Below are positions 14,855 through 27,029 of a stretch of 64,000 nucleotides of DNA, in pieces (position 1 is the stretch's first letter; each line of letters begins with the position of its first letter). Source of the stretch: Octopus sinensis (taxonomy: Eukaryota); assembly GCF_006345805.1 (NCBI RefSeq), contig NC_042998.1, forward strand, positions 63,984,001-64,048,000, read 5' to 3'. A model generated the notes under the pieces. The model was not told where the DNA came from, searched no databases, and worked only from the letters and a program-made list of their open reading frames with translations. The translations under genes and the position numbers were made by a program.

Positions 14855-14987
14855 ATAACTTATAAAATAAGGGTAAAAGAAAAATTCTAATGCCAAATAT
14901 GCCGAAAAAAGACAAAATTGTCAATTTTGTCTTTTTTCGGCATATTTGGCATTAGAATTTTTCTTTTGCCCTTATTTTATAAGTTAT
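14855..14987. repeat. Fold-back palindrome, 66-bp arms, 1-nt loop (copy 2)
   Basis: Arms 14855-14920 and 14922-14987 are complementary with one T/G mismatch. Confidence 0.95.
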
Positions 14988-14996
14988 ATATATATA

Positions 14997-15089
<93 letters not shown>

Positions 15090-15091
<2 letters not shown>

Positions 15092-15960
15092 AGGTTAATC
15101 CAAACGGGAAAACAGAAAAAACAACAACACGTGGAACAATTACAGTATTATTATTATTAGGCGCTCAGGAAAATGGAAGAAGGAGGGTATGACGTTTCGA
15201 GCGGAGCTCTTCGTCGGAAACATAAGAGAAGGAAGAAAGAAGAAAGAAAGATCCCGATGTGGACGAACAGAGGGAAAAAAACGCGACTGGTGTTTACGAA
15301 GTATACATGCTGAAAGACCGGAAGTTTTGGAAAACAAGGGCAAAGTAGGTTTTTAAAGCCAAAAGAGTGGAGACAGGAAGGTTGGTAACAAAAAATGATG
15401 TGTATGTATGTGTGAGGGTGTGCGTGTGCGTGTGTGTATGTGTGTGTGAGGCGGATAAAAAAAAAATATATGTATATGTTAGTGCGTGCGTCTCTATGTA
15501 AGTGTGTGTAGTAGGGCGAACAGTAGTTGACATAGCAAGTCTCAAGTGAGTGGTCAGTGGTGAAAAAAGGAGGAAGGAGGGAGGAAGAGAAGGAGGGAAA
15601 GGGTGGGGGCGTATGTAACGTGCCAGTGTGTGTGTTGAGTGGTAGTGTGTGTGTGACCAGTGTGCGTAGTTGTATGTATGGCAAGTAAATTTAAAGTGTG
15701 TGTAAGTGTAATGTATATATATATGCAAATGTGTGTGTGTGAGTGGGTGTGTGTATGTGTGTGCGTGTGTGTACAAAAAGGGGGGTATTAAGGAAAAAAA
15801 CTGCAGCTGAGGGAAAGATGGAAGAGTGGTCCCGCGGCGACAGGCGTGGGAGAACCCAAAGACACGCGCCAGCCCCAGATACGAACAGGAGATCTAGTCG
15901 GTACCCAAGAGCGAGGTGCATGCATGCGTGTATGCGTGCGCGAACGCGCACAAGCGTGTA
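15090..15960 (-). mobile_element. Probable degenerate Penelope-like 3' end/pseudo-LTR
   Basis: Carries a minimal hammerhead-like motif at 15187-15221. The GC-richer stretch 15780-15910 weakly resembles a GIY-YIG C-terminus. Heavily invaded by (GT)n. Confidence 0.4.
15187..15221 (-). ncRNA. Minimal type I hammerhead-ribozyme-like motif, CCGACGA core variant
   Basis: Minus strand: gttt-CCGACGA-a-gagc(tcc)gctc-GAAA-c-GTC-atac, with self-complementary ACGT stem III and one mismatch in stem I. Confidence 0.6.
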
Positions 15961-16252
15961 TGTGCGCGCGCCTGCGAGTGTGTGTGTAAGTATGTGTGTG
16001 TGTGGATGTGTGAGTGTGTCTGTGTGTAGGTCTGGGTGTCAGTGTGTCCGATGAATGTATGTAAGTATGTGTGTGTATATGTGTGTGTATAGTTGTATGT
16101 CCGTGTGTATGTGTGTGTGTGTATGAGTGTGTATGTATGTACGTGTGTGTGTGTGGAAGTGTGTGTATGTGCATGTGTGTGCGCGTACATGCAGGTGTGT
16201 GAGTGAGTGTGTGTGTATGTATGTGTGAGTGTGTATGTCTGTGTGTGTAGGA

Positions 16253-16306
<54 letters not shown>

Positions 16307-16350
16307 TACATAGATATATATTAGTATGTATACACATATAAATATATATA
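15400..16350. repeat. (GT)n-rich low-complexity tract ending in (TA)n
   Basis: Directly visible; source of the HT/CV-repeat ORFs. Confidence 0.9.
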
Positions 16351-16352
16351 TA

Positions 16353-17637
16353 CAGGATGGGGAAGCAAAATTTACAATATTTTGAGGCAGGGATTGAAAG
16401 ACAGTGTATGACCAATTAGTTTATTGAAAGGCATGAGAATTTATTTTCCACAAGCACATTTACATAATAGAAAATATTTTTATTCTATGTGTCCTCCTTC
16501 TCTCTGAATAACTGCCTTCACACACTTCCTGAAACTTGCATAGGTGTTCCTCAAATATTCGGGAGACAACTCCCATTCTTCTTTAATAGTATCTTTAAGG
16601 GAGTCGACATTGCTGTGTGATGTTCTATTGGTAGCATGTTCTAAAACGCCCGAAATAGCATCATCCAGAGGGTTTAGATTTGTGCTAGAAGGCGGCCATA
16701 AACATTATTAAAAAAACTGCTAAATTTGGATTTGCAGAAATCATGTATTTTTCTAGCTGTGTGGGCTGGAGCACCAACCTGTGTCCATACATAATTACCA
16801 TCTGGGTAGTTTACTTTAAGCCATGGCAATACCTGGTATCTCAGAGTCTTGTAGTAAGTATTAACAATGATCTTTTCATCAGCTTTGTAGAATTTTATAG
16901 GCATTTTCTTTCCATCGGAAGCCATAACGCCAAAAGCCATAACTTGAGTAGGGTGTTTTGTTTTGAATGTCCCCTTAACCTCAGCTGTTGATTTTGTGAT
17001 AAATCTGTCATTTCTGTGGTTCAGAACAGCATCGACAGTGTAGATCTTTTCATCTGAAAAGATCGTTACAATGGAAGATTTTTCTTGAACCGTGTAATAC
17101 TTTTCTCGTACCTTTTCAATCTCTTTTCTTTCATAGCTGTTGTCAAAGAGGGTTTTGGTGTTCTTGTGTAAGATTTTAACCTCAAATCATATTTTACTGC
17201 ATTTCTAATGGTCTTCTTGTCTACCTCAAGTTCAATTGCCATTTTTCTCATGTATTAGGTTGGATCCTTTAGGATTTTGAATTCGAGAGCTTTAATAAAA
17301 GTTTTGGCACGTTTTTTTTTGATTTCTTCACTTCCAGACATCCTCGTAATAACTTTGCTCATAGTCATTCTATTCTTTACATTATAAACAGTCTTTATGG
17401 ACACTCCAACTATTCTTGAAATCTCCTTTGGTGTGACGAGTGCATTCAACAAACTACACACTCTTTGACATTTGCTTTCCTGATTACTCATATGAGCAAA
17501 AGTTTCTGCAAAGGTAAGGATAACAGTGTTAGGTATGATTATGATATCAATACAAGCTACGTTTCAAAACAATTGACTTAGTGCCTGCTGAGAAAAAACA
17601 ACTTAACTTTCATTGTAAATTATGTTTCCCCACCCTG
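16353..17637 (-). mobile_element. Full-length defective DD37D (maT/Bmmar1-like) transposon, 1285 bp
   Basis: TIRs caggatggggaagcaaaatttacaat and (reverse complement) cagggtggggaaacataatttacaat, TA on both sides. Transposase pseudogene 17491-about 16460 with IFSDEK, Q(V)GAPAH and WPPSS.NLNPLD; 37 residues between the 2nd and 3rd Asp positions after allowing for a 1-nt deletion. Confidence 0.92.
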
Positions 17638-17669
17638 TACAAACATGCATGTGTATCAAAGTACTAAGC

Positions 17670-17708
<39 letters not shown>

Positions 17709-17755
17709 CATATAACATATATATATATAAACATGTATATGTAAAAGTACAAATC

Positions 17756-17806
<51 letters not shown>

Positions 17807-18392
17807 GCATATATACGTAACAATTACAAAGCATGTATATGCATTCTATGCATTATATATCTCTCTCTCTATCTCTCTCACACATACGAGCGCGCGCGCA
17901 CAAACACAGAAATAATATTTGGCAAACGTTTTGCGGGAAAAGCATATGCTAGGTAAACTGAAAAATATTCATGTGTAGATTTCTCTCTGATATATGGTAT
18001 TTTTCTTGAAATGTGCGTATCTATGCACTTATAAGTACGTTTAAAATGTGTTGTGAGTTTAGTGAAAATGAATTTCTCTTTAGCTTAGAATTATTTCTAC
18101 AGCTTGACTTTATGCATTCATTATAAGAAGGAATATCGATTCTCAATAACGAACGTTTCTTATATACTATTTAAAGAAATATGCTCAAATTAAATTCGAT
18201 ATTCTCATTCACTTATCATTTGTACAATAACAAATTTAGGAAAAGAATATTTTAGACAATTTCCGCTATTTTGAATATATATGTATTTACTAATTTCTCT
18301 CTCTCCCTCGAACCCTCTCTCTCTCTCTCTCTCTTTCTCCTCGTACACACACACACACGCACACACACACTCGAACACACACACACACACAA

Positions 18393-18427
<35 letters not shown>

Positions 18428-18569
18428 TTGTAATTGTTTTAAAGCAGAAGCAAATCTAGATGAAATATTGAAAACACATGTCATTGTTTAGTACGAGTAT
18501 ATCAATATTTGGGCAGTAAGAACCCCTCCTTCAGGAAACCTAGTGTTTGCTTATGAAAAGTTCTCTTAC

Positions 18570-19380
18570 GTCACCATAGTAGTCAACCGACTACGTGTAC
18601 TTCTGATTTGTTATTTATCCTCAAGTTGTCCTGGGTAATTAGAATAGCTTCTTTTATTCTCAAGTTCCCCGCATTTCTTCCTATAGCATCACTGGAAACT
18701 TGGACGACTTAGGTATGTCAGTGGGGTATTTTTCGAGGGAAGATAGTTTGTCATAGGCATGTTCTGTAACTCATGTAGGAATTTGGCTGATGGAATTTCC
18801 GATTTATCACACGTGGCTTCAGAATATTAGATAGAGGGTAAGAGATTTTGTGAAAATGTTGGTTGATACTGGAGATAATAGGTCTAACTTTTTCATTTCC
18901 TCACGCGTTCTTTGTTTTTATGAGGTGATTGAAGATGCTAAGTACGCAGTTTCTTGTGAAGAACTTGCATTTATTCTTGTTCATTTGTCATTTCTCTTCA
19001 TGGGTGTTAGTCCAGTTGATGTTCATGGCAGCCTCGACTTGATTAGAAATTATTTTGCTGACTTTCTCCCATAATGTAGAGTTGTATAGGTGTTCAAATG
19101 GAAGTTCGTCAAATTTATACCTTCCTTTAACGGAGAATTTCCTTCCTTTGTTTTAAGGCTGATACCTTAATATCTTCTGAATGTAGGTTTTGTAAAGTGA
19201 AGAATTGGGATCTAGAGAAATGAAAACAAGGAGTGGAATGTTTTGGTAAGATGTTAAATTTCATGTCTCATTAGTTCAGCGTGAAGATCGGACTTAGAAA
19301 GTGGGTTGTCTGCAGAATTTGGGGGAGGTCATTCTACGCCTTTTTAAATCTCTCTTGATTCCAATTCCTCATTCTCCACA
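18570..19380 (-). mobile_element. Penelope-like element relic with internal deletion
   Basis: Minus strand has an RT N-terminal-like KVRPIISSINQHFHKISYPLSNILKP and a GIY-YIG C-terminal-like GNLRIKEAILITQDNLRIN. Confidence 0.6.
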
Positions 19381-19879
19381 ACTTAGCAAAAATGCACACA
19401 TTTTTGCATTGATTGGTCTTCGATGTCATATATATTTCATTATTATATCTCTATGAATATTGATTTAATTGTATTTAAATTATCTGCCTTGTTCAACGCA
19501 ACAGAATTGTCTTTCTCTCCTTTGAATGTAAAAAGCAAAGAAAACTATTACATAATAAAAGGTATATCAAACCGATTTCAATACTCCAGCTGTATTATAA
19601 TTTGTTTCGTATATTTAAATTATTTTATGATACTTTCTTTAGAATTTATTTTTTAACAACTAGTGATTTTTTTTCGCTTTATTTTGCATCTATATTACAA
19701 ATCTCGGTGTTGGCCGTTGAAATAGAGTATTAAAATGTCAGAACTATTTATGAAATGTATGTATAACCTGACTGAGTATTTTATAGATAAGTATTTGGTT
19801 ATCGGAAATCATAGACGTCGTTTTGTGACAAAATGTGATGAGCGTGAACCAACGTATTACACACGAACACATATAGATG

Positions 19880-20030
19880 AATTCTCACCATAACTGAACC
19901 GCTCTTTAATTCTTAATCCCGAAACGGTATATTGGAAGTCGACTTCAGTGGAATTTGAACTAAGATGATAGTCGTAACTTTTACTGCAAGAAATTCTTCG
20001 CAACGTTCTAACTAGTCTGCCAAATGACCC
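19880..20030 (-). mobile_element. Degenerate SINE family B fragment
   Basis: aagtcgacttcagtggaatttgaact core matches the family B copies at 23525, 40371, 52790 and 62752. Confidence 0.6.
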
Positions 20031-20456
20031 ACCTTACCATATTAATGCATCTCATGTAGACAACTTGGTGTGTGCATATGTGTGGGGGAAGAATATTCGA
20101 TGTTCTCCTTCTCAAGTGGGCCGTGATAAAATATTAATTGTAGAAAATCTTCGAATATATTCGAACAATGATACATTAATATAGATACACTGTTATTCGA
20201 ATTTGTTCAAAGGCTATAATAATTATAGATCAACTTTCAGATTACTATACATATTGATTATATTTTTAACATACTTAAGAACATCATGTACGTGCTTCCA
20301 CGCACAACTATAACATGTTTTCATTAATTCCCGTATATAAAGTGTGACCTGATTTCATTATTGAATATTAACCTTTTCAGATCGTTCAAGTGTTATTTTC
20401 GATTTACACTGATGTTATCTATGAGCAGTTCTCCTCCTATCTCCGTTATTCTTCAA

Positions 20457-20809
20457 TGGCCTCTCTTGATGATCAATAATTTTATGTATACGAAATCTAC
20501 TTAAACGTATTAAGGAGATATGAGTATTCTTTTCCTGTGACCTTTTAATTCTTTTACTTCTATGACGCTATAATTCTTTTACTAGTATCTCTCCATTATG
20601 GTTTCTCGACTAGAAGAATATAAACGTTATCTATTCTCCTGAAATTTAAACAAAAACGTAATTTTTGTCACAATTGAAATATATATTTCTGAAACAATAT
20701 CGTAAAAGATTACTACGTGACTGTATATTTTTTAGTAAACCAGATATATTAAATTCTACAATGACATTTTATTATGGAGTATTTTATAAAAGGTTAGTAT
20801 TACCAAACT

Positions 20810-20841
<32 letters not shown>

Positions 20842-21167
20842 ATATATATTATATATATATATATATAATATATATATATATAAGTTTACTAAAAAATATA
20901 CAGTCACGTAGTAATCTTTTACGATATTGTTTCAAAAATATATATTTCAATTGTGACAAAAATTACGTTTTTGTTTAAATTTCAGGAGAATAGATAACGT
21001 TTATATTCTTCTAGTCGAGAAACCATAATGGAGAGATACTAGTAAAAGAATTATAGCGTCATAGAAGTAAAAGAATTAAAAGGTCACAGGAAAAGAATAC
21101 TCATATCTCCTTAATACGTTTAAGTAGATTTCGTATACATAAAATTATTGATCATCAAGAGAGGCCA
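20457..21167. repeat. Long inverted repeat: 284-bp arms (20457-20740 and 20884-21167) around a 143-bp spacer containing a TA array
   Basis: Arms read as reverse complements with one mismatch seen (tatatttctgaaac versus tatatttttgaaac). Confidence 0.95.
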
Positions 21168-21170
21168 ATA

Positions 21171-21827
21171 TGTATATTGGCAGGGCTGGCCTGCTAGATA
21201 GCCGGCCAAAATGCTAGAAGAAGATCATCAACGATCAAACTACAAGGGAAATTCTCTAGAGGAAGAATTCAGCGAACACCAGAACCAACTTTGGCGGGCA
21301 GGACATATGAAAAATTAAATAAAAAACAGACTTAAATGCATACCTCGGTTTCGGTCTTAACAAAAGAATTACTTGCATAGTTCAAGTGTCCGTGACTTCA
21401 TCAGTACATTCGGTCCTCGAGATGCAAACCGCAAGACTAACCCCAGCTCTCTGTGTCAAGACAGACACGTGCTTAGTCTTACTGATTACATCGGGAATAA
21501 AATTTCAAATGTCTTGGTTCTGGCGCGCTAAGAGACTCCTGAAGCGAAGGGCTGCAGTGAATAATTCACTGCGGGTAGTGCTTACAACTAGGGAACGTAT
21601 TTATTTCAATATTTAAATATTGAGGGAGATAAATTAATATTAATTTTAATATCAATTTAAAACCAGTAGTCCAGAATTCAAAAAATCTGAGGAGTCAGAG
21701 AAAATTGAAATATATGTGTATATTGGCAGGGCTGGCCTGCTAGGTAGCCGGCCAAAATGCTAGAAGAAGATCATCAACGATCAAACTACAAGGGAAATTC
21801 TCTAGAGGAAGAATTCAGCGAACACCA
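21171..21827 (-). mobile_element. Hammerhead-containing non-autonomous retroelement candidate (retrozyme/PLE pseudo-LTR-like): 111-bp direct repeats 546 bp apart
   Basis: Repeats 21171-21281 and 21717-21827 differ at one base and begin TG and end CA. The interval holds a type I hammerhead motif and several perfect hairpins. No coding capacity recognised and no TSD seen. Confidence 0.65.
21334..21411 (-). ncRNA. Type I hammerhead ribozyme motif with canonical core
   Basis: Minus strand: gaatgta-CTGATGA-agtc[long loop with acttg/caagt hairpin]gacc-GAAA-cc(ga)gg-TA|tgcattt. Stem I is 7 bp (with G:U pairs); predicted GUA cleavage between 21341 and 21340. Confidence 0.8.
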
Positions 21828-23524
21828 ATTTTCTCTCACAAATTTCTAATGGACATTTTAGCGAAATTGCATCAGTTTTATTTTTCCTAGATACATATAT
21901 AAAGATTAACTTTATATACATGTATAACTATATATACATACATATACGTCCATACATAAATGTCTATATGCAAAAGACAATTGACTCACTTGTCTTGCTG
22001 TGAGCTCGAACTCGGAACCGCACAGGCATAAAGGTGCAATGCTAATCAAACAGCATTGCCGAAAGTACTGCACTAGTACAAGGCGGGGGGGGGGACAAAT
22101 ATCTGAAATGATACTTTCAGGCACCAGATTAATACATTTGTTATATTTGGCAAGAAATTTGAAGGGTCGATAGGAGGTCCGATAGAATGCATTGCGGAAA
22201 TAGTGCTGATCCACTGCATTCCAAAGTCAAAATGTCATTTCCCCGATTTGAGATGGGGAAAAATGAACAATGGATAATGATTTTCCTTTAGTTTGTCCAT
22301 CGTTTTCTCTCATTCATTTTTACGCCATTGGATACATCAAACAAAATAATTTTTTGAGTAACGACTGAGCACACCTTTGTATTTTGTATGAAATTTCGAC
22401 GGCAATTACATGTCGGCGAGTTTCGGTGAAAGGGAAGACTTTGATGAAGAGGATGACTTTGGAAAATGCTGATTATATTGTTGACCTTCGTTACATGTAT
22501 TCAATTGCTTTTCGATAAGCGTTTCAGGTATCAGTACTTGGTAAATGTTAGAAATATCTGTTAAATCTATAATGGTAATACAATGCTAGGTACGATATTA
22601 TTTAATTGAAACAAATAACTGAAAATTATTTGTTTAAGAGAGACAGGAAGATACACACATAGATAGATAGATATGTATATATACACACACATATTTACGT
22701 ATAACGGAAAATTATGATTATAAATATCTCAATATACATAAACATATACATACATACAGGGCACACATACACCTAAAATATGCATATAAACTTCTAAGTT
22801 AAAAGACACAATACTGAAAGAAAAAAAGTAGATATACTCATAGGTTATTTACTTTCAGATAAAACAATTTCTGGAAGAATAGGAATAGTAATGAGCAATA
22901 GTTTCAGAGTGCAACGGAATGATGTCTAAATTCTGACGACATTAAATATACAAATATATACGAAAAGTTAGCTCGTATGACCAAGGCACACAGAACACAG
23001 GACTTGATGACAAAGAATATACAGTGATCCTTTTCCATAGAATTAGAATAAGATGCAATAAGTGCAGAAAGATGGACTGGAAAGAGAGAGATATCATGAA
23101 AACCATACTAACCAGCTTCAGTGAGGTGATGATGTGGCCTGAAAGGAAGTCTTCCTGGGAACGTAAAAGTGGTGAGGGAAGAAGAGAAGAGATAAAACGA
23201 TGTAGAACAAATGAGGATGAACATTGGCGACACCGATGAGGAAATTGTTTGAAGGTTTAGTAGAGGCAATGAATCACCAGGAACATTTGAGATTTACTGA
23301 CGAAATAATTCAGATTTTAATTGTCATGAAATGTATAATATGATTTCAAGATTTATTTGTGGGATATAGTCCTAATGAATACAACCACGTCATTAAGGAA
23401 ACCAATCAAAGAACAATAAAGAATAATTAGGATTGTCATTTCCATTGTGTAAATTATTTGGGAAAGGATTGTCTTCTTGACTTATTTTTTGATGAAATGC
23501 TTTAATATGGGAATATTCTTTTCA

Positions 23525-23715
23525 CCTCTAGACACAAGGCTCGAAATTTTTGGGGAAGAGGGCTAGTCGATTAGATCGGCCCAGTACGCAACTGGTACTT
23601 AATGTATCGACCCCTAAAGGATGAAAGGAAAAGTCGACCTCGGTGGAATTTGAACTTGGAACGTAAAGAGGGACGAAATAACAATAAGCATTTCGCCCAG
23701 CATGCTAACCTTTCT
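23525..23715 (-). mobile_element. SINE family B
   Basis: gtcgattagatcggcccagtacgcaactggtacttaat...aaaggatgaaaggaaaagtcgacctcggtggaatttgaact matches the other family B copies. Confidence 0.85.
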
Positions 23716-24629
23716 GAAAATTACATATCATTTTATGTCTATTTGATATTATATCGATCTCATTTTCCTAGCCTCCAAATCATGGACAGTAAACAAACAG
23801 TCACCATTTATCGAGTGGATGTAGATATAGAGATAGAGACGCTAAGACACACATCCATACGCATATGCGTATATATACATATATATTTTTGGGGGGAGAA
23901 GATTTTTTTCTCAAAGAGTTAAGATTGAGATAAAAAAAACCCTCTAAAGAGTTGAAAGACACTAACGTTTGGGAAGCAATTTCACAAAATGTGTTTGGCT
24001 TTGGCTTTTATAGATGTTCAAGCACTTTCAGTTCTTAACGTTTTCAAGCATCTGTTACGACATATAGTGAAATTGTTGTTGACTATTATATATTCAGAAT
24101 TGAAAACACGTATAGGGATAAACAAACGGAAAGCCAATAGTTAGATAAGGGCAAGCCGATAAAACATACTAAATGTACGGACGAACGGAAACCAAACACT
24201 GAAGGTCACCAACACCTTATCAGTTATCGGCCAAGGTATCAAATGTAACTTCGCCTCATTAACAATGATATTACTTCCACTCTGGAGGTACCAGCAAGAA
24301 ATTCACAGGGAATGCTCCAGAACATAGCAAACCAAAACGTGGCGGACAAACAATGGATTAATAAGATATACGGAAATGGACATATGAAAATGCTTAAAAA
24401 TTCGAGATGCGACCGTTTGTGGACGGATGAGGGAAAAAGACAAAATGAATAGACAGAATATAGCTTTAGAGTTAATACATACTTACAAATTAAAAGAAAT
24501 GCTAATACATATACAACAAAAAGGCCGGAGGGCTAGCAGACAGGCAAATGTGGAGTAACACAAAGGAGAAATGAAAAATGACCTAAGGACTAAGGACAGG
24601 AGAAAGGCTGAGTGATATACACTAAATGG

Positions 24630-24745
24630 ACTTACACGCTGTTTCCGTCAACCATATTCAATTACAAGGTATTGATCGACCCAGTACTGAAGTAGAAGAC
24701 ACTTTTCCATTGTGCAGAGCAATGAGCCTGAACCCTAAGTTATGT
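24630..24745 (-). mobile_element. Degenerate SINE family A head
   Basis: gtttccgtcaaccatattc...gtagaagacactt...cctgaaccc resembles the reverse complement of the family A head. Confidence 0.55.
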
Positions 24746-26061
24746 GATTCTAATCGGGGTAATTTTACTAATGCCTGATAGCGTGGAAACTACTTTTATA
24801 TAACCACGAGATATTTTTTCCGTTATTATAATTGCATTTGTGGCTGCGTTGTAGGAAAAATATCAAAAAAAGATTTGAAATTATCCACTTAACCAAATTT
24901 GTTCAAGACGTGAATTATCTAATTACCAAATTATCTAATTACCTTTGCTCACTGTATATATAAGGCTACATAGTTGCTTCCGTTCAACATTCTTTATGAT
25001 AGGCATGGTATCATTTAATCGAGTCATAGAAGCTATTCCTAACAGCAAATCTTATCTCATAAAATCTTATAGTTTAGGACACCATTAATTCGGTCCGCTT
25101 AGTTTCAGTTTTATATGTTTGCTTTGGAATTGTGTTATAGTTTTAGGGTATTCGCTACAAATACAACATGGCGAATTATTTCCATCAGTAGATTTTAGAA
25201 CAATTCGTGATTTACTAAGTTACAAAATGCTAAAAATAATTTATATTATTTCACACTTACAATAGTATATGCAATGATATAGGACATTGTGAGTATATCC
25301 CTGAGCTATAAGCGTTGAATAAATTTCGAAATATAGGTGTAAAACAGCATGCACGCAAGTACTTGAATGCAGACACAAACGTGTGTATGTGTTTATGTGT
25401 TGTGTAAGTGCGGGTATGTGTGTATGTGTTGTGTGAGTGCGTATGTGTGTATGTAACCATGTCTTAAAATATTCACTGCCTACTTAAGCGAATAAAATTA
25501 AGGAAACGTTTTTAAAGTCGGCTAAATTTATTTAAAAAAGTGCAGATTGCCCGTAAGTAACGGAACAGTTTCTGCTATACTAAACAGATTTCGAGGAGCA
25601 AGTGTATCATTGCACATGGTATTCAGTCAGTCAATGCTGAATCAATTTGATTTATTTCCTTCATTTGGGTCTACTCTATACTTTGTTGATTTGAGATAAA
25701 CATTTGGAGATGCCTGAAGGTCATATTTTCATACGAATTCATTTACAAACACACACTAACGCGCACGCACGCACACACACACACTAACGCGCACGCACGC
25801 ACACACACACACACACACACACCTACACATACACACATATATGTATACATGCATGCACGCATAAAATATCACCTGCACAAAAATACAAACACATATATGT
25901 ATGCATGTATATGTATATGTATCTGTGTCTATACAAAGGTGTGTTTACGTGTGTTGGGAATTGCCACTTCCGCGGGAGGAGAGATGATTTAGCGATTTAA
26001 AAAGATACAAGTTGCAATATGCGTGTGTGTGTGTGTGTGTGTGTGTGCGTGTATGTGTGTT

Positions 26062-26095
<34 letters not shown>

Positions 26096-26489
26096 ACTAT
26101 TTGATATATCGTTGAAAGCTAAATATATTGTCATTTATGAAGTACTGAAAGTTTACGTTGCAAACCTGAGACGTATTACCAGTCCAAACTCTATTCTGAA
26201 TTGTGTGACTGAATCTAGGAAAATCCGAAAGAAAAATAAAACTTATATTTGTAGATAGAATATCTATATTGCTGTCTGTATATCCAAATATTCACTCACC
26301 ACACGCATACATACACAAGCAAGAACAACCCCACCTCACATATATATACACACATACACCCACACACACACACGCATATACAGGTATGCACGTTAACATA
26401 TCTGTGTAGTTATACACCTCCCATAATCACTGTGTTTATGTGCGTGAGTGTATAGTTGTATCTTCTCCCCCCGCCTCTCTCTCTATCTC

Positions 26490-26710
26490 TTTTACTATTT
26501 TACTTGTTTCAGTCATTTGACTGTGGCCATGCTGGAGAACCGCATTTAGTCGAGCAAATCGACCTCAGAACTTATTATTTGTAAGCCTAGTACTTATTCT
26601 ATCCGTCTCTTTTGCTGAACCGGTAAGTTACGGGGACGTAAACACACCAGCATCGGTTGTTAAGCGATGTTGGGGGGTGGACAAACACAAACTTATAAAC
26701 ACACATACAC

Positions 26711-26778
<68 letters not shown>

Positions 26779-26779
26779 G

Positions 26780-26842
<63 letters not shown>

Positions 26843-27003
26843 GACGGACCCTTTTCAGTTTCCGCCTATCAAATCCACTCAGAAGCATTTGGTCGGCCCA
26901 AGATTATAGTAGAAGACACCTGCCCAAGGTTCCACGCAGTGGGATTGAATCCGGAGCTATGTGATTCGTAGCCAAGCTACATACCACACAGCTACTCATA
27001 CGT
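26490..27003 (-). mobile_element. SINE family A, full length, with expanded internal TA array
   Basis: Head about 27003-26845, TA array 26705-26840, tail gtttcagtcatttgactgtggccatgctgg at 26506-26535. Confidence 0.92.
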
Positions 27004-27029
27004 CTATCTCGATATACATATATATATGA

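Noticed and set aside
18452-18487. ctagatga-aatatt-gaaaacacatgtc hammerhead-like string
   Set aside because: Core has an insertion, stem I is weak, and it is on the opposite strand to the neighbouring PLE.
21171-21281. TG...CA ends suggesting a true LTR element (TRIM)
   Set aside because: No target-site duplication, primer-binding site or polypurine tract seen; kept only as an alternative in the retrozyme finding.
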